From assembly GCA_963798485.1 (NCBI GenBank), contig CAWCTR010000007.1, positions 1 through 64,000 on the forward strand: a DNA stretch of 64,000 nucleotides, in the 5' to 3' direction. The translations under genes and the position numbers were made by a program. This document shows positions 20,172-30,360 of the stretch, one piece after another (the stretch's first letter is position 1; each line of letters starts with the position of its first letter). The notes beneath the pieces were generated by a model that was given only the letters and a program-made list of their open reading frames with translations, made no database searches and had not been told where the DNA came from. This DNA is from an uncultured delta proteobacterium. GTDB taxonomy: Bacteria > Desulfobacterota > Desulfomonilia > UBA1062.

Positions 20172-21176
20172 TCACGCTCCAGTCATCGATTCATCTTCAA
20201 CATCACAATTCTCGTTACCCATGAACATCCCCATCCCAAAGTGCGTTCCATACCCCACCACCACCGGCCCCTGCACAGGCTTAGTGAATTCGATCCGAAA
20301 TCCATATCCCGCCCTATTCGCCGCTGGCTTTCCCTCACCCGTTTCCCTCCGGCGCAGGAAAACATGCCACGGTACTTCCTGCTCGCCCAGCATTGTGCCC
20401 GCAACCGGCTCCACCTTCACTGGACCTGGAAATCCGCTAAGCTCCAGCAGCCTGCGCAGATCATGCTCCGGGCTGCCGATTTGCAGGCCGCTGGCATCCA
20501 CTTTCGGCACGCCAGCTCGCGTGGCCTTGGGATGGCGCGTGGGGATGAAAGGCGTGCGGGAGACCCAGGTTTTGCTCTTCGAAAGCAGAGGGCTCTGTCC
20601 CCGACTGAGGTCGAGCCCGCCGAAATCCTCTGGGTGACCCAGGCCCAAGAGGTTGAGCTGAACGTACAATCCTGACCCCTGGATCTCCTTGAGATCTTGC
20701 AGGGCGGATATCTCGCGAGATCCGAAGCCTGCAGGTGCGTAAACTGTGACATGGGTGATCTCTCCGTTCCTACCCTTGCCTAACGCTAGATTGGACTCGC
20801 TAAAAATGAATGCGTGGGCGTGACCTTTCAGAGGGCTTCCGGACTCATCGCAGCCAGTAAAAACGCTTGCGCCATTGGACCGCTCAACAAGTGCGAGGTG
20901 AATCCTTTCCCCAAGAAGCAGAGCTGCGGTGAGCCTGGGAGCCTGGCCGCCAATTAAATAGCGTGCTACGGTAAGGATATCTTTTCCGAATGCTAAGGCA
21001 TTCTGGCTCGATGTCTTTTCTAATGTGGGTGCTAATCTCCCTTGAAAAGAATTGACTGCAGAAGCTGGTCTGCCTGCTACAACTCCTTGCTCGAAATTGT
21101 CAAGGCCGCGCTCGACATCAGGCCCGCTTGGGTTCAATCTCCCTCCCTCGATTACCCAATTTTTATGCCCAGACAT
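20172..21176 (-). CDS. csb2: Stand-alone Cas6-like C-terminal half of type I-G Csb2 (probable crRNA-processing RNase)
   Basis: GHAHAF, WVSRTPF and terminal G-rich loop GPVVVGYGTHFGMGMF typical of Csb2. Only 334 aa, with no recognisable N-terminal Csb2 half. Confidence 0.8.
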   Translation of the reverse strand: MSGHKNWVIEGGRLNPSGPDVERGLDNFEQGVVAGRPASAVNSFQGRLAPTLEKTSSQNALAFGKDILTVARYLIGGQAPRLTAALLLGERIHLALVERSNGASVFTGCDESGSPLKGHAHAFIFSESNLALGKGRNGEITHVTVYAPAGFGSREISALQDLKEIQGSGLYVQLNLLGLGHPEDFGGLDLSRGQSPLLSKSKTWVSRTPFIPTRHPKATRAGVPKVDASGLQIGSPEHDLRRLLELSGFPGPVKVEPVAGTMLGEQEVPWHVFLRRRETGEGKPAANRAGYGFRIEFTKPVQGPVVVGYGTHFGMGMFMGNENCDVEDESMTGA

Positions 21177-21211
21177 ATGTTGGGCACATATTCTTCGTCG
21201 TCGAAAACAAA

Positions 21212-21231
21212 ATGATGTTCTCAGATAAAAA
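21212..21231 (-). promoter_or_regulatory. Putative promoter/operator of the csb2-cmr operon
   Basis: atgatgttctcagataaaaa, 16/20 identical to 9101-9120. Confidence 0.5.
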
Positions 21232-21499
21232 GGTAATCAGTGGTGAAAAGACTTACCAAATATTCTTCCATGAAGTTTGATTAAGAGGCTATGATGTCTT
21301 CAGGAAGAGAGATGGTCTTCATCCACATCTATCAACCACATTCGCCCTAACTGCGCTAACGTTGGAGACTCTTCGATTCGATAAGAGTCTACATGAGACT
21401 CATTGACCAGCACGATTGTGCCGAACATCAGGGGAGTTGGCCCGCCACTCATGGGATGAGTATGCAAGTTGAATATTCTCAAAAAAGATGTGCTTCATT

Positions 21500-22978
21500 T
21501 CATATCTTTATGATTTCAGCGTTTTCAGGGTTTAGTCCGCTCCATCTTACCTTGTAACCTAGGATCGCAAGTGCCTGGCTATAAGCTCTTATTCCATATC
21601 TCTCGAAGATTTTAAGAGCATCATCATGCTTTTTCACACCATTCAATTCGCTCTGAATTGCGCCAAGGATTCGATTGCTAACAAGCTGATATCCCAAAAG
21701 TGAATAATTGGGTTTAATCTGACCCTTGATTGCTTCTTTCAAGGCCTCTAAACTAACGGCGTATCTCTTGGCTACCTCATCGAGACTGATAACACTTGCA
21801 TCGCCAAACGAGATTTCCATGCCCTTCAACTTCGTAATTTCTTCAGCTTGCTGCTTTTCCTCATATCTCCTCAGAATCTTGATTATCTCCAGGTGTGGAA
21901 TTTTTCTATCATAGAAAAGGAGATTTTCTGCCTGGAACTCTGAGCCCGTACATGCCAGGTTTCTATTCACGAGCAGGATCATGCTTTCTTTCTCTTGTAG
22001 CTGGTTTAGTTTCTGAATCTTATGTTTGAGATATTCAGGTGTCCAGAAGCCAATGATCTCAACGTATATCCTGGTGCCATTTCGCTCCAGGGAAAAGTCC
22101 GGAATAAAGGCATACTGGCCCGCTTTCAATACTGTTGGCTCTCTTCTGACTACCCAGCCCTTGAAACCGAGCTGATAGAATTCCTTCTCAATGGCGCTAT
22201 CGAAACCTATCTCCGCCGTTTCCAACTCAGTTTGGAAAATCGGTCTCTGTGTATGGTCCAGAGTGAAATCGAAAATCCTCATGCCCTGAAATGTTTTCCT
22301 TGATATGCTGGCTCTCAAACTCCATTTGGTGGACTCCATTACTATAGGCAGCAGCTTTGCGAAGGCCGAGCCGTATTTTTCGGTTAGCTTAAACAGAGAA
22401 AGAGGTCCTTCCAGGGATATCTTGCCATCGTTTATGGAGTAGATGAGACCAAGCTGCTTGATCTTCCCGAAAACCGGCTGGTAGTTATCCTCTATCTGAA
22501 TCTCCATTCCCGTAGCCCTGAACAGGAGAGTCTGAGCCAGGGACAGATTATAATGCCTGAGCAGGTCCTCTGGAGTCAAGGTTTGGAACTCCTTTATGAC
22601 CAGATTCCCTTCTTGGTCAGCCCAGAGAGCCTTTTCCAGGTCATCGACCTCGATCGATAGCTTCCTGGCAACCTTTCCCAGAACCTCTTTTCTCTCTTCC
22701 TCGCTGGTAATAAATCCCTTAGATTCCTCAAAGACAGCCTTTCTGGCGGCAATTGGATCGATAACCGAGCCAATCTCTATTACGCATCTCCTTTCAAGGA
22801 TCTGGGCAAGTCCTCTGATCAATCGGTAGTTGATCTCTTCAATGCCCTCTAATTCTTCGATAAGCTCGCCGTATGTCCTTCCCAGATGCTCCTTGAAAAC
22901 GCCAATAACGGAAAGGGCAATCTCCAGGTTATCCTGATCCAAGGGAGCATAAACAGGCGCGATCTTTCCCTTTGAAAC
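21500..22978 (-). CDS. DUF790 family (Bax1-like) endonuclease, 5' end cut at the junction
   Basis: RGLAQILERR, ALWAD, YNLSLAQTLLFRA, FDSAIEKEF, REP, IPDF, YVEIIGFWTPEYL. The first ~30 aa of the ORF-track call come from the foreign sequence. Confidence 0.9.
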   Translation of the reverse strand, partial: VSKGKIAPVYAPLDQDNLEIALSVIGVFKEHLGRTYGELIEELEGIEEINYRLIRGLAQILERRCVIEIGSVIDPIAARKAVFEESKGFITSEEERKEVLGKVARKLSIEVDDLEKALWADQEGNLVIKEFQTLTPEDLLRHYNLSLAQTLLFRATGMEIQIEDNYQPVFGKIKQLGLIYSINDGKISLEGPLSLFKLTEKYGSAFAKLLPIVMESTKWSLRASISRKTFQGMRIFDFTLDHTQRPIFQTELETAEIGFDSAIEKEFYQLGFKGWVVRREPTVLKAGQYAFIPDFSLERNGTRIYVEIIGFWTPEYLKHKIQKLNQLQEKESMILLVNRNLACTGSEFQAENLLFYDRKIPHLEIIKILRRYEEKQQAEEITKLKGMEISFGDASVISLDEVAKRYAVSLEALKEAIKGQIKPNYSLLGYQLVSNRILGAIQSELNGVKKHDDALKIFERYGIRAYSQALAILGYKVRWSGLNPENAEIIKI

Positions 22979-23503
22979 CAGGCGGGGCATGCCATTGTGT
23001 GGCGCGACGCGATTGTGCAGTACTTCCTGAAGCAGAGCGGAATTCCCGATGCTGAAGGGCGCGCGGGACACTATCCCGGGCGGCTCGAAGCCGAGGATGC
23101 GAAGCTGACCGGCTACAAAGTGATCGATGTAACGCCGTGGGAGGACGCCTCAGGGGGCAAGGCTGTTTCGTGCGGGGAGGCACAGGGCTGCTCGGCCGAG
23201 TGGACGTGGACGGGCGCACAGGGCCGGTTTGATGTTGCCGTGGAGTACTTCGACCTGCAAGGCGGCGCGGCGAAGTTCACGCTGGAGGTGAATGGAGCGC
23301 CGGTTGCGTCCTGGACAGCCGATGCAGCGCTTCCTTCGCGCAGGCCGCATGGTGACAACTCGACGCGCAGGAATATCAGGAATGTGGTCTTGAAGCCCGG
23401 CGATGTGCTGCGCGTGGAAGGCACTCCCGATGGAAACGATCCGGCAGCATTGGATTATATGGAAGTGACGGCTGCGAGTGACCCTAATGGCACGAAGAAA
23501 TAG
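22979..23503 (+). CDS. C-terminal fragment of GH67 alpha-glucuronidase with CBM-like tail
   Basis: QAGHAIVWRDAIVQYFLKQSGIPD...GHYPGRLEAE; no start, begins abruptly at the junction. Confidence 0.8.
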   Translation, partial: QAGHAIVWRDAIVQYFLKQSGIPDAEGRAGHYPGRLEAEDAKLTGYKVIDVTPWEDASGGKAVSCGEAQGCSAEWTWTGAQGRFDVAVEYFDLQGGAAKFTLEVNGAPVASWTADAALPSRRPHGDNSTRRNIRNVVLKPGDVLRVEGTPDGNDPAALDYMEVTAASDPNGTKK

Positions 23504-23566
23504 AAACCTGAGGACGTTTCGCAGTTGGCACGGCAGATCCTCATCCGCCGTGCCGCTTTAAAAACG

Positions 23567-23932
23567 CTACTTGCCGCCGACGATCCGCTTCGCACGGGCG
23601 TAGGAGCCCATGTTGAATGCGTTGGGGCATCCAAGTGCGATCAGCTTCTTCTTTGCTTCTCCGCTGCGCATGCCGCTCTGGCAATGAAGCAGGAGGACCT
23701 GGTTCTTGTCCTTGATGCGCCGGGACCAGCTCGCCTCAATCTCATTCACGGGCAGGTTGACGGCAACCGGGAGGTGGCCGGCAACGAATTCGCCCGAGCT
23801 GCGGACATCAATCACCAGGGCACCCTTCTTCAGATAAGCGCGAGCTTCCTTGATGGAGATGAGTCCTGAGCGATTAAAAAGAAGAAATGCCGTCAGGAGC
23901 ACGGCGATGATGAGCAGAGCTGTCCAATTCAT
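23567..23932 (-). CDS. Rhodanese-like domain membrane protein
   Basis: N-terminal TM, IDVRSSGEF...GHLP, HCQSGMRS. Confidence 0.9.
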   Translation of the reverse strand: MNWTALLIIAVLLTAFLLFNRSGLISIKEARAYLKKGALVIDVRSSGEFVAGHLPVAVNLPVNEIEASWSRRIKDKNQVLLLHCQSGMRSGEAKKKLIALGCPNAFNMGSYARAKRIVGGK

Positions 23933-23976
23933 GGCAAATAGCTTACTCGGTCCGAGCAAGATCTGGCAGTGAGGAC

Positions 23977-26153
23977 CTAAACTTTTTCAATCTGGACCAG
24001 GGTGGAGTAAAAGGTGGCTCCGGCGCCGATGTCGGTAAGCCGCTCGCTGGTAAGGACGTTCACGTTGGATCCGCTGGGGTTCAGCTTGGCCCAGTCAAGG
24101 CGGGCAGCCACCACGCCGAGGGGCAGGCTGGGGTCGAACAGGACCTCAAGTTGGATTGTCCCGCGATCATTGAAGATGCGGGCCTGCTCACCGTCGGACA
24201 AGCCACGGGCCGCAGCGTCGGCGGGATTCATTTCGATGCGCTGGTTCCGGGCTGCCTCCATTTTGCGATGCCCGTCAAGATTGGCAAAGGTGGAGTTCAT
24301 GTAGTTGTCGGCCTTGCGTGCCAGCAACTCGAGCGGAAAGCGCTTGGCGTCTTCGCCCCAGCGCGACTCGGTGGGAGGCGTAAAGGCCGGAAGCGGATCG
24401 AGGCCCGCTGCGGCCAGAGCTTCAGAGTAAAACTCGATCTTGCCGGAAGGCGTAGGCAGTGGGCCTGCAGTATATGGCTGGAAGGGATGCGTCTCCGGGG
24501 CGCGATGAAAGCTGAGCGGAATATGGCCCTTGCTGCTTCAAGCGCCTCGTAGGTGATGTGTTCCATGCCGGGATTATTGGAGTGGCCGTTCGGCGCCAAT
24601 CGCCAGCGCCTGGCGGATCATGTCCTCCGGCGTATCGCGGAAGCAGGGCTCAGTGAAACCCATGCGCTGCGCCAACTGGCCAAAGAGCCACACGTTGGAG
24701 CGCGCCTCTCCGGGCGGCTCGATCGCCTGCTGTGAAAGCTGGACAAAGTAGTGTCCGTACGCGCCCTGCACGTCGGTGTGTTCAAGGAACGTGGTCGCCG
24801 GCAGGATGTAGTCGGCGTAGTCGGTGGTGTCGGTAAAAAACTGCTCGTGGACCACGGTAAAAAGATCGGCCGCGTCAACCCGCGCCGGACGGCGTTCTGG
24901 TTGGGCGCAACGGCGCCGGGATTCGAGTTGTAGACAAAGAGCGCGTGAACAGGCGGGCCGTCGTCTGGGTTTCGCTTCTGGCGTTTGACCAAGTTCCGTG
25001 AGCGCCTGGCCAAGGGCCGACATGTTCACCACGCGCGCCGGGCGACCCAGCGGAGAGGCCAGCGCCAGATCGGGCCGCCTCAGAGCCTGCTTGTTCCACG
25101 CAAAGCCGCCCGAAGTGGAGAGCACGGCTCCGCCGCCGCGATGCTTCCATGCGCCGGTAAGCGCGGGCAGCATGGCAATGGCGCGAACCGCGGCTCCGCC
25201 ATATTCCGCGCGCTGCACGCCGTAGTTCAGGCGCAATGCGGCGGGCCGCGTGGTTGCATACTCGCGCGCCAGCTGCTCGACCTCGGCTGCGGTCATGCCG
25301 GTCCATGCGGCTACGCGTTCCGGCGTGTACTCGCGCGCACGCTCGGCCAGCGGCTCGAAGCCGTGCGTCATCTCGTCGATGTAGGCGCGGTCTTCCAGCC
25401 CCTCGTTCAGAATCACGTGCATCATGCCCAGCGCCAGCGCGGCGTCGGTTCCGGGGCGGATGGCGATGTGCCAGTCGGCGAGGCGCGGCGGTGCGCGTGC
25501 GGTAGGGGTCGATCACGATGAGCCGCGCGCCGTTGCGCCGCGCCTCCTCGACCATGGGCCAGAGATGGACGTTGTTGCCGTGGATGTTCGCGCCCCAGGC
25601 CAGGATCAGCTTCGCAAGGCGGAAGTCTTCGGTCGGCGTGCCAAGTTTTTTGCCGTAGACCAGGTTCCATGCCTGCCCGCCCGCCTCGGAACAGATGGTG
25701 CGGTCGAGTTGGCTGGCGCCCAGGCGGTGAAAGAAGCGCCGGTCCATGGAGCCGTAGCCGAGCACGCCGATGGTTCCCGCGTAGCTGTACGGCAGAATGG
25801 ATTCGGGGCCATAGCGATCGCTGATCTCCTCGAGCCGCGCGGCGATCGCGTCCAGCGCTTCATCCCAGCTGACGCGCTCGAATGCTTCGTGCTCGCGGCC
25901 GCGTTGCAGCGGCCCTTTGCGCGCCGGGTTTGCGCCTCAGGGGAAGAGAATCCGGTCGGGCGCGTAGACGCGGTCAAGATACTTGGCCACTTTGCCGCAG
26001 AGAAAGCCCTGAGTCACCGGCTGCGATGGATCGCCTTCGACTTTCACGGCGCGTCCCTCGCTCGTTCACCGTCACCAGCACCGCGCAGGAGTCGGGCAGT
26101 CGTGCGAGCAGACGGTGTGAACGATGCGGAGGTGGGACGCGGCATGGCGTCAT
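23977..26153 (-). CDS. Molybdopterin-dependent oxidoreductase (several apparent frameshifts)
   Basis: Fragments across frames: TVCSHDC, LDRTICSEAG, VIDPYRTRTA, VVHEQFFTDTTDYADYILPAT, EMNPADAAARGL, ERLTDIGAGATFYS. Confidence 0.85.
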
Positions 26154-26384
26154 TTTAAGCGAGGCGCGGAGACCATGGCTTTACATTGCTAAGGCAGGTC
26201 TGAATGCGCACCAAGTATGAGCGACTGCAGGCAGATCATGTCCAGCGATCGCGACGAAGCTAGTGTGGGAAGGCGCTGACATTCGCCAAATGAGACGTAC
26301 CGAGATTCCTGATCGTCTTCGCGCGTCGGTTTTCTTGAGCGTCTATTTCCCGCCGCAAATGGGCGCGTGTACACTGGTCACGCT

Positions 26385-26723
26385 ATGAGCTGCCTGTTTT
26401 GCAAGATCGTTGAAGGAATCATACCCTCGACCCCGTGTATCAGGACGACCTTGGCTATGCCTTTGCCGATATCAATCCGCAGGCGCCGGTGCATATTCTG
26501 ATTGTGCCGCGCGAGCACATCGTCTCGATGCTGAGGCCGGCAAGGACAAACGCGCGCTGCTGGGCCACCTGCTGTGGGCTGCGGCAGAGATTGCGCGCAA
26601 GAAAGAGCCTTGGCAACGGCTACCGCATCGTGGTGAACACCGGCGAAGATGGCGGCCAGACGGTGGAACATCTGCATCTGCATCTGCTGGGCGGCAGGCA
26701 CACTCACCTGGCCGCCGGGATAA
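26385..26723 (+). CDS. HIT family (HinT-like) protein, frameshifted in this sequence
   Basis: MSCLFCKIV, ADINPQAPVHILIVP, GQTVEHLHLHLLGGR. Confidence 0.9.
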
Positions 26724-26760
26724 GGTCTCAGGTCGACATGCGACGCGAGATTCAAAACAA

Positions 26761-26789
26761 GAAGGGCGCCCGCCGCGGCGACGCCCTTC
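26761..26789. terminator. Hairpin between convergent genes
   Basis: gaagggcg...cgcccttc inverted repeat flanked by A/T-rich runs. Confidence 0.6.
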
Positions 26790-26814
26790 CTGTTTGATCA
26801 CGGTGCTGCCTGAA

Positions 26815-27720
26815 TTACATCATTGGTTGCTGCGCGTACTCTTCTTCCTCTTCGACGCCGTAGCGGCGGAGCAGGTTGGGCAGGCTCTGCGAGAAGGCCG
26901 AGCGCGGCATCACCGTGTCGCATCCGGCTTCGACGGCCTTCACCTTCAAGTCGCCCTGCAGATGATTGAGGAAGCCGACGATCGACGTGGCCTTCTTGAG
27001 CTTGGCCTTGAATTTGGGAATCAGCGTCATGGGCTTGGCGTTGAGGTTGTTCAGATCGAACACCAGCAGAGTGGGCTTTTCGGCTTCGGGCAGGTCGAGG
27101 ATGCGCGGCCACGGAGTCCTTGTCGCCCTTGACGAACTCGACCTTGATGCCGAGCTTGCGCGAGGTCTCCTGAATCTTGGCCTGGAAGAAGAGATCCTCA
27201 ATGAAGCAGAAGATGCGCGTTGGCGCGTCTTCGCGGACGGGCAGCGGCGGCAGGCGCGTAGGCGTCAGGATAGTAGCTGCCGTGGTTGTTGCTCAAGATC
27301 TGGATGGTGGAAGGCGGGCCATCGGCCACATTGCCGTTGACGGCGCGGTAGCTGTGATCCATGGGGCCGACAAACTCGCGCGGGCCCCGTTGCTTGCCCT
27401 TGCGCTTGCCCTGTGACGGCCCGGCGATGCTGTTGCCGGGCTGCGCGGCGGGGGCCGAGCTCTTCTGGAAGAACTTCTTCTTCTTCCGCGGCTGGTTCTG
27501 GTGATGCCTGGCTGTCTGCTGCTGGCGGCGGTTGCGGCGGCGCCTGCTGCTGGGGCTGCTGCTGCGGCTGCAGCTGGGGCTGCTGGGCCTGCGGCGCGCC
27601 TTGCTGGCTTGACTTGTTCTTGCGGCGGCGGCGGCGGCGGCGATGCCCTTGCGAAGGCGCCTGACCATTGTCAGGCGCTGGCCCCACTTCAGGTTGGGGC
27701 TGGGTTGGTTCTGTCGTCAT
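26815..27720 (-). CDS. Atypical receiver-domain protein with Arg/Gln-rich disordered N-terminus (frameshifted)
   Basis: RRRRRRRKNK and Q/P-rich N-terminus; C-terminal IEDLFF...LLVFDLNN...AGCDTVMPRS receiver fold. Confidence 0.7.
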
Positions 27721-28778
27721 GCGTGTACTTCCTGGAACATTGCTCTTTGATGCATTGGATTTTAGGATTCAACTGCCTTCAAAATTGCGCGCCTGGCTTC
27801 CTTGACCTGCCCGGTCGCAGGCCGGATGCGGCAGTCGGCGGGGAGGCAAAGCGGGGTGCGAAGCAAGCTGCAACGAGGGCGTCGCGGAATACCTTGCCGG
27901 AGATTTCCGGCACCCGTGCTCCTCCATGCACGCAGATCCCTTTGGCTTGCGGCGGATCTTACATGCCGCCACTCGCACCACCATGCATGAACCGAACGCG
28001 CAAATCCTTAGAGGGACCCAGCCAATCAGGCCGCGCCGGTTCAGCTCTTGGCCCTGCATTTCAAATTCTGTGAAAATGCTGTGGCCGCCGTTTACACAGG
28101 AACCTTGCACGGGCTCCATCCGCTGGTCAGGATCGATACGAGCGCGGCCAGTGCTTTTCTCAGGTGATGCCCTTCCTATGTGAGCTTTCGCCGCGTGCAG
28201 TCTAGTAAGAATTGAACTGTCCGGCGTAGTTTGCTTGCTCGGCGGCGAGCTTGCTCTACCCCAATACCCGGGTGGCCCGCGTCAGCCGCTTGATAGGCAA
28301 CTCCGATACTACAAGGAACGCCCTGGCTGGCAAGTGTACTTTCGTGGGACCCATGGCGGGAAGGCTGATGCGGAAACGATCGAAGCGAATACCGTTGTAC
28401 ACGAAAACGCTGCCAGACGCGCAAAACGCCGCTCCGATTGGAGTGGCGTTTCGAGGTCCTGCACGTGCCACTGGCCTCCCAGAATATTGTGGCCGGCGGA
28501 TTTTCCACCGTGCCTGCTGCAGGCTTCCCGGCCGGTTTATCCCTTCTTGAGGGCCGCTTCGTTGGCGGTTGCTCTTGCCGGGTGCCTGCTGTTCTTTGGC
28601 TGGCCGCATTCTCTGACGCAGCCGGTACATCACTGGCGCTTATCTAATAGCAATCGACGGGCCGTTCAGAGATGGTGTTTGTTTTCAGCCACTTGCCTCG
28701 CGAAGTAGCTGGCGTTTTCTGGATTCTGGAAGGTCTGGAGAGGCAATAATCCTGAAAACCATAGATTCCGCGAAGATC

Positions 28779-29660
28779 TCAGCGCTGGCATTTCGGGCAA
28801 AAATGGGTTCCTCGGCCGGCCAGCAGAATCCGCCGGATGGGGGTCTGGCAGGGCCGGCAGGGCTCCCGGTCCGCAGGTAGACGCAGTGCTCCAAGCTGGA
28901 AGAAGCCCCGTACTCCCGTCGGCATCCACGTAGTCGGAGACCGACGAGCCGCCCAGCCGGATAGCGTGTTCCAGAACCTGGCGAGCGCCAGCCGGAGCCG
29001 TTCGAGCTCGGCGCGGGTGAGACGTCCGGCGCTTCGGCGCGGCCGGATACCGGCGTGAAACAGGCTCTCGTCGGCGTAGATGTTGCCGACGCCGGTGAGC
29101 AGCTTCTGGTTCAACAGCGCAGCCTTGATGGACAGGCGTCGTCCGCGGAAGAGGGCGGCGAATTCGCTCCGGCTCGAATCGTGAGCGGCTCGGCGCCCGG
29201 CTGCTGTAAAGGCCTGTGTCGCGTTCCAGGTCTCGAAATTCCAGTCGGCCAAATCGGCGCGGATCGACAAAGCGCAACTCCCGGCCGCTGGCGAGAGCTG
29301 AGCCGGGCGTGGGTATGGGCTGCGACCGGCGCGTCAGGCGTGGTGACGAGCAGGCGGCCCGTCATGCCCAGATGGACGATCCATTGTGCATCGGGCGGTG
29401 CGATCCGGCGGTGCTCTTTTTCTTGCCCGGCGCAATTCCTGGATGGATTTGCGCGACTGAACCAAGTTCGCAGACGATGTGTTTGCCGGTGCGATGGAAT
29501 GGCGAGCAGTACGCGACCTTCAAGGCCCTTTGCCTGGCGGGCTGGGGCAGTTTTGAAGGGCCCGCGATGCACTGGCGAACCACGCATCCACGATGCGATC
29601 GCCACGCACCCGCTCATGAACTCCCCGGGCGATGGTCTCCACTTCAGGCAGTTCGGGCAT
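28779..29660 (-). CDS. mutM: Formamidopyrimidine-DNA glycosylase (frameshifted)
   Basis: MPELPEVET start, HLGMTG, DPRRFG, GVGNIYADESL, terminal CxxC...FCPKCQ zinc finger. Confidence 0.93.
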
Positions 29661-29702
29661 TTGTCCTATTTTAGGGGAGCGACACGTCGATCCGCGCACG
29701 TT

Positions 29703-30044
29703 TCAGTGGCGCGAGCCGCGGTGCAATTTCTCTGCCACTCGTTCATCCTCTTCGCTCGCACGAACCTGCACACTGCCCCACTTTTCGAGATAGACGAGAC
29801 CCAGGGCAAGGCCAACCACGAAGACTGCCACCGAGGAGTACTCAATGAGATCGAGCTGGCGATTTTCTTCCGCGGTTTGATAGACCACGGTGCCGTGAAT
29901 TTCGCGCGGAACAATGCGCTCCTCTGTCAGAACCGGCCCTCTGGGCATCACTTCCAGGTAGTGCGTGGAGATCATGGCAGAGACGATCAGGCCCGCCAAG
30001 CCAGGCAGCAGGAACAGAAGCGCGAAGAATTTGAGCGTTGCCAA
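29703..30044 (-). CDS. Hypothetical two-TM membrane protein
   Basis: 113-aa ORF with two hydrophobic segments. Confidence 0.65.
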   Translation of the reverse strand: MATLKFFALLFLLPGLAGLIVSAMISTHYLEVMPRGPVLTEERIVPREIHGTVVYQTAEENRQLDLIEYSSVAVFVVGLALGLVYLEKWGSVQVRASEEDERVAEKLHRGSRH

Positions 30045-30360
30045 CTTGCGAGTTTTTCATTTGATCGGCCCCATTCTTGCGCCACGTGCGCACATGCCTA
30101 CGTGAGGTTCGTGGACAATATCCAGGGTTGATCCAGCTCGGTCGCGTCTTGCGTGTGCGCCAGGGAGAAGAGTTGCTCCACGGTCAGGTTCTGTTGGGCG
30201 TTCTACCCTTGCGGCTCACAACACTCTGCGAGTGGCCCACCGATTTCATCGGGACGAACAGAGAGGATCATCCCCAAACCCGTTAGCTCTAGATTCTACA
30301 CCGAATTTGCTTCAGGTTGCACAGCGGGATTTGAAAAGCTGGCGCGCTGGATTCCAGGCC

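Noticed and set aside
21300-21482. 60-aa ORF with HTHP, and an agactctt/aagagtct hairpin near 21365-21390
   Set aside because: Too short, lacks the rest of a JAB motif, and has no support as a gene or IS end.
22972-22978. ttgaaac at the junction resembling the repeat end (Cas1-mediated join)
   Set aside because: Only 7 nt, and explained by the DUF790 codons for V-S-K.
22979-23071. Apparent N-terminus of DUF790 (MSRAPFSIG...)
   Set aside because: Antisense read-through of the foreign glucuronidase fragment across the junction.
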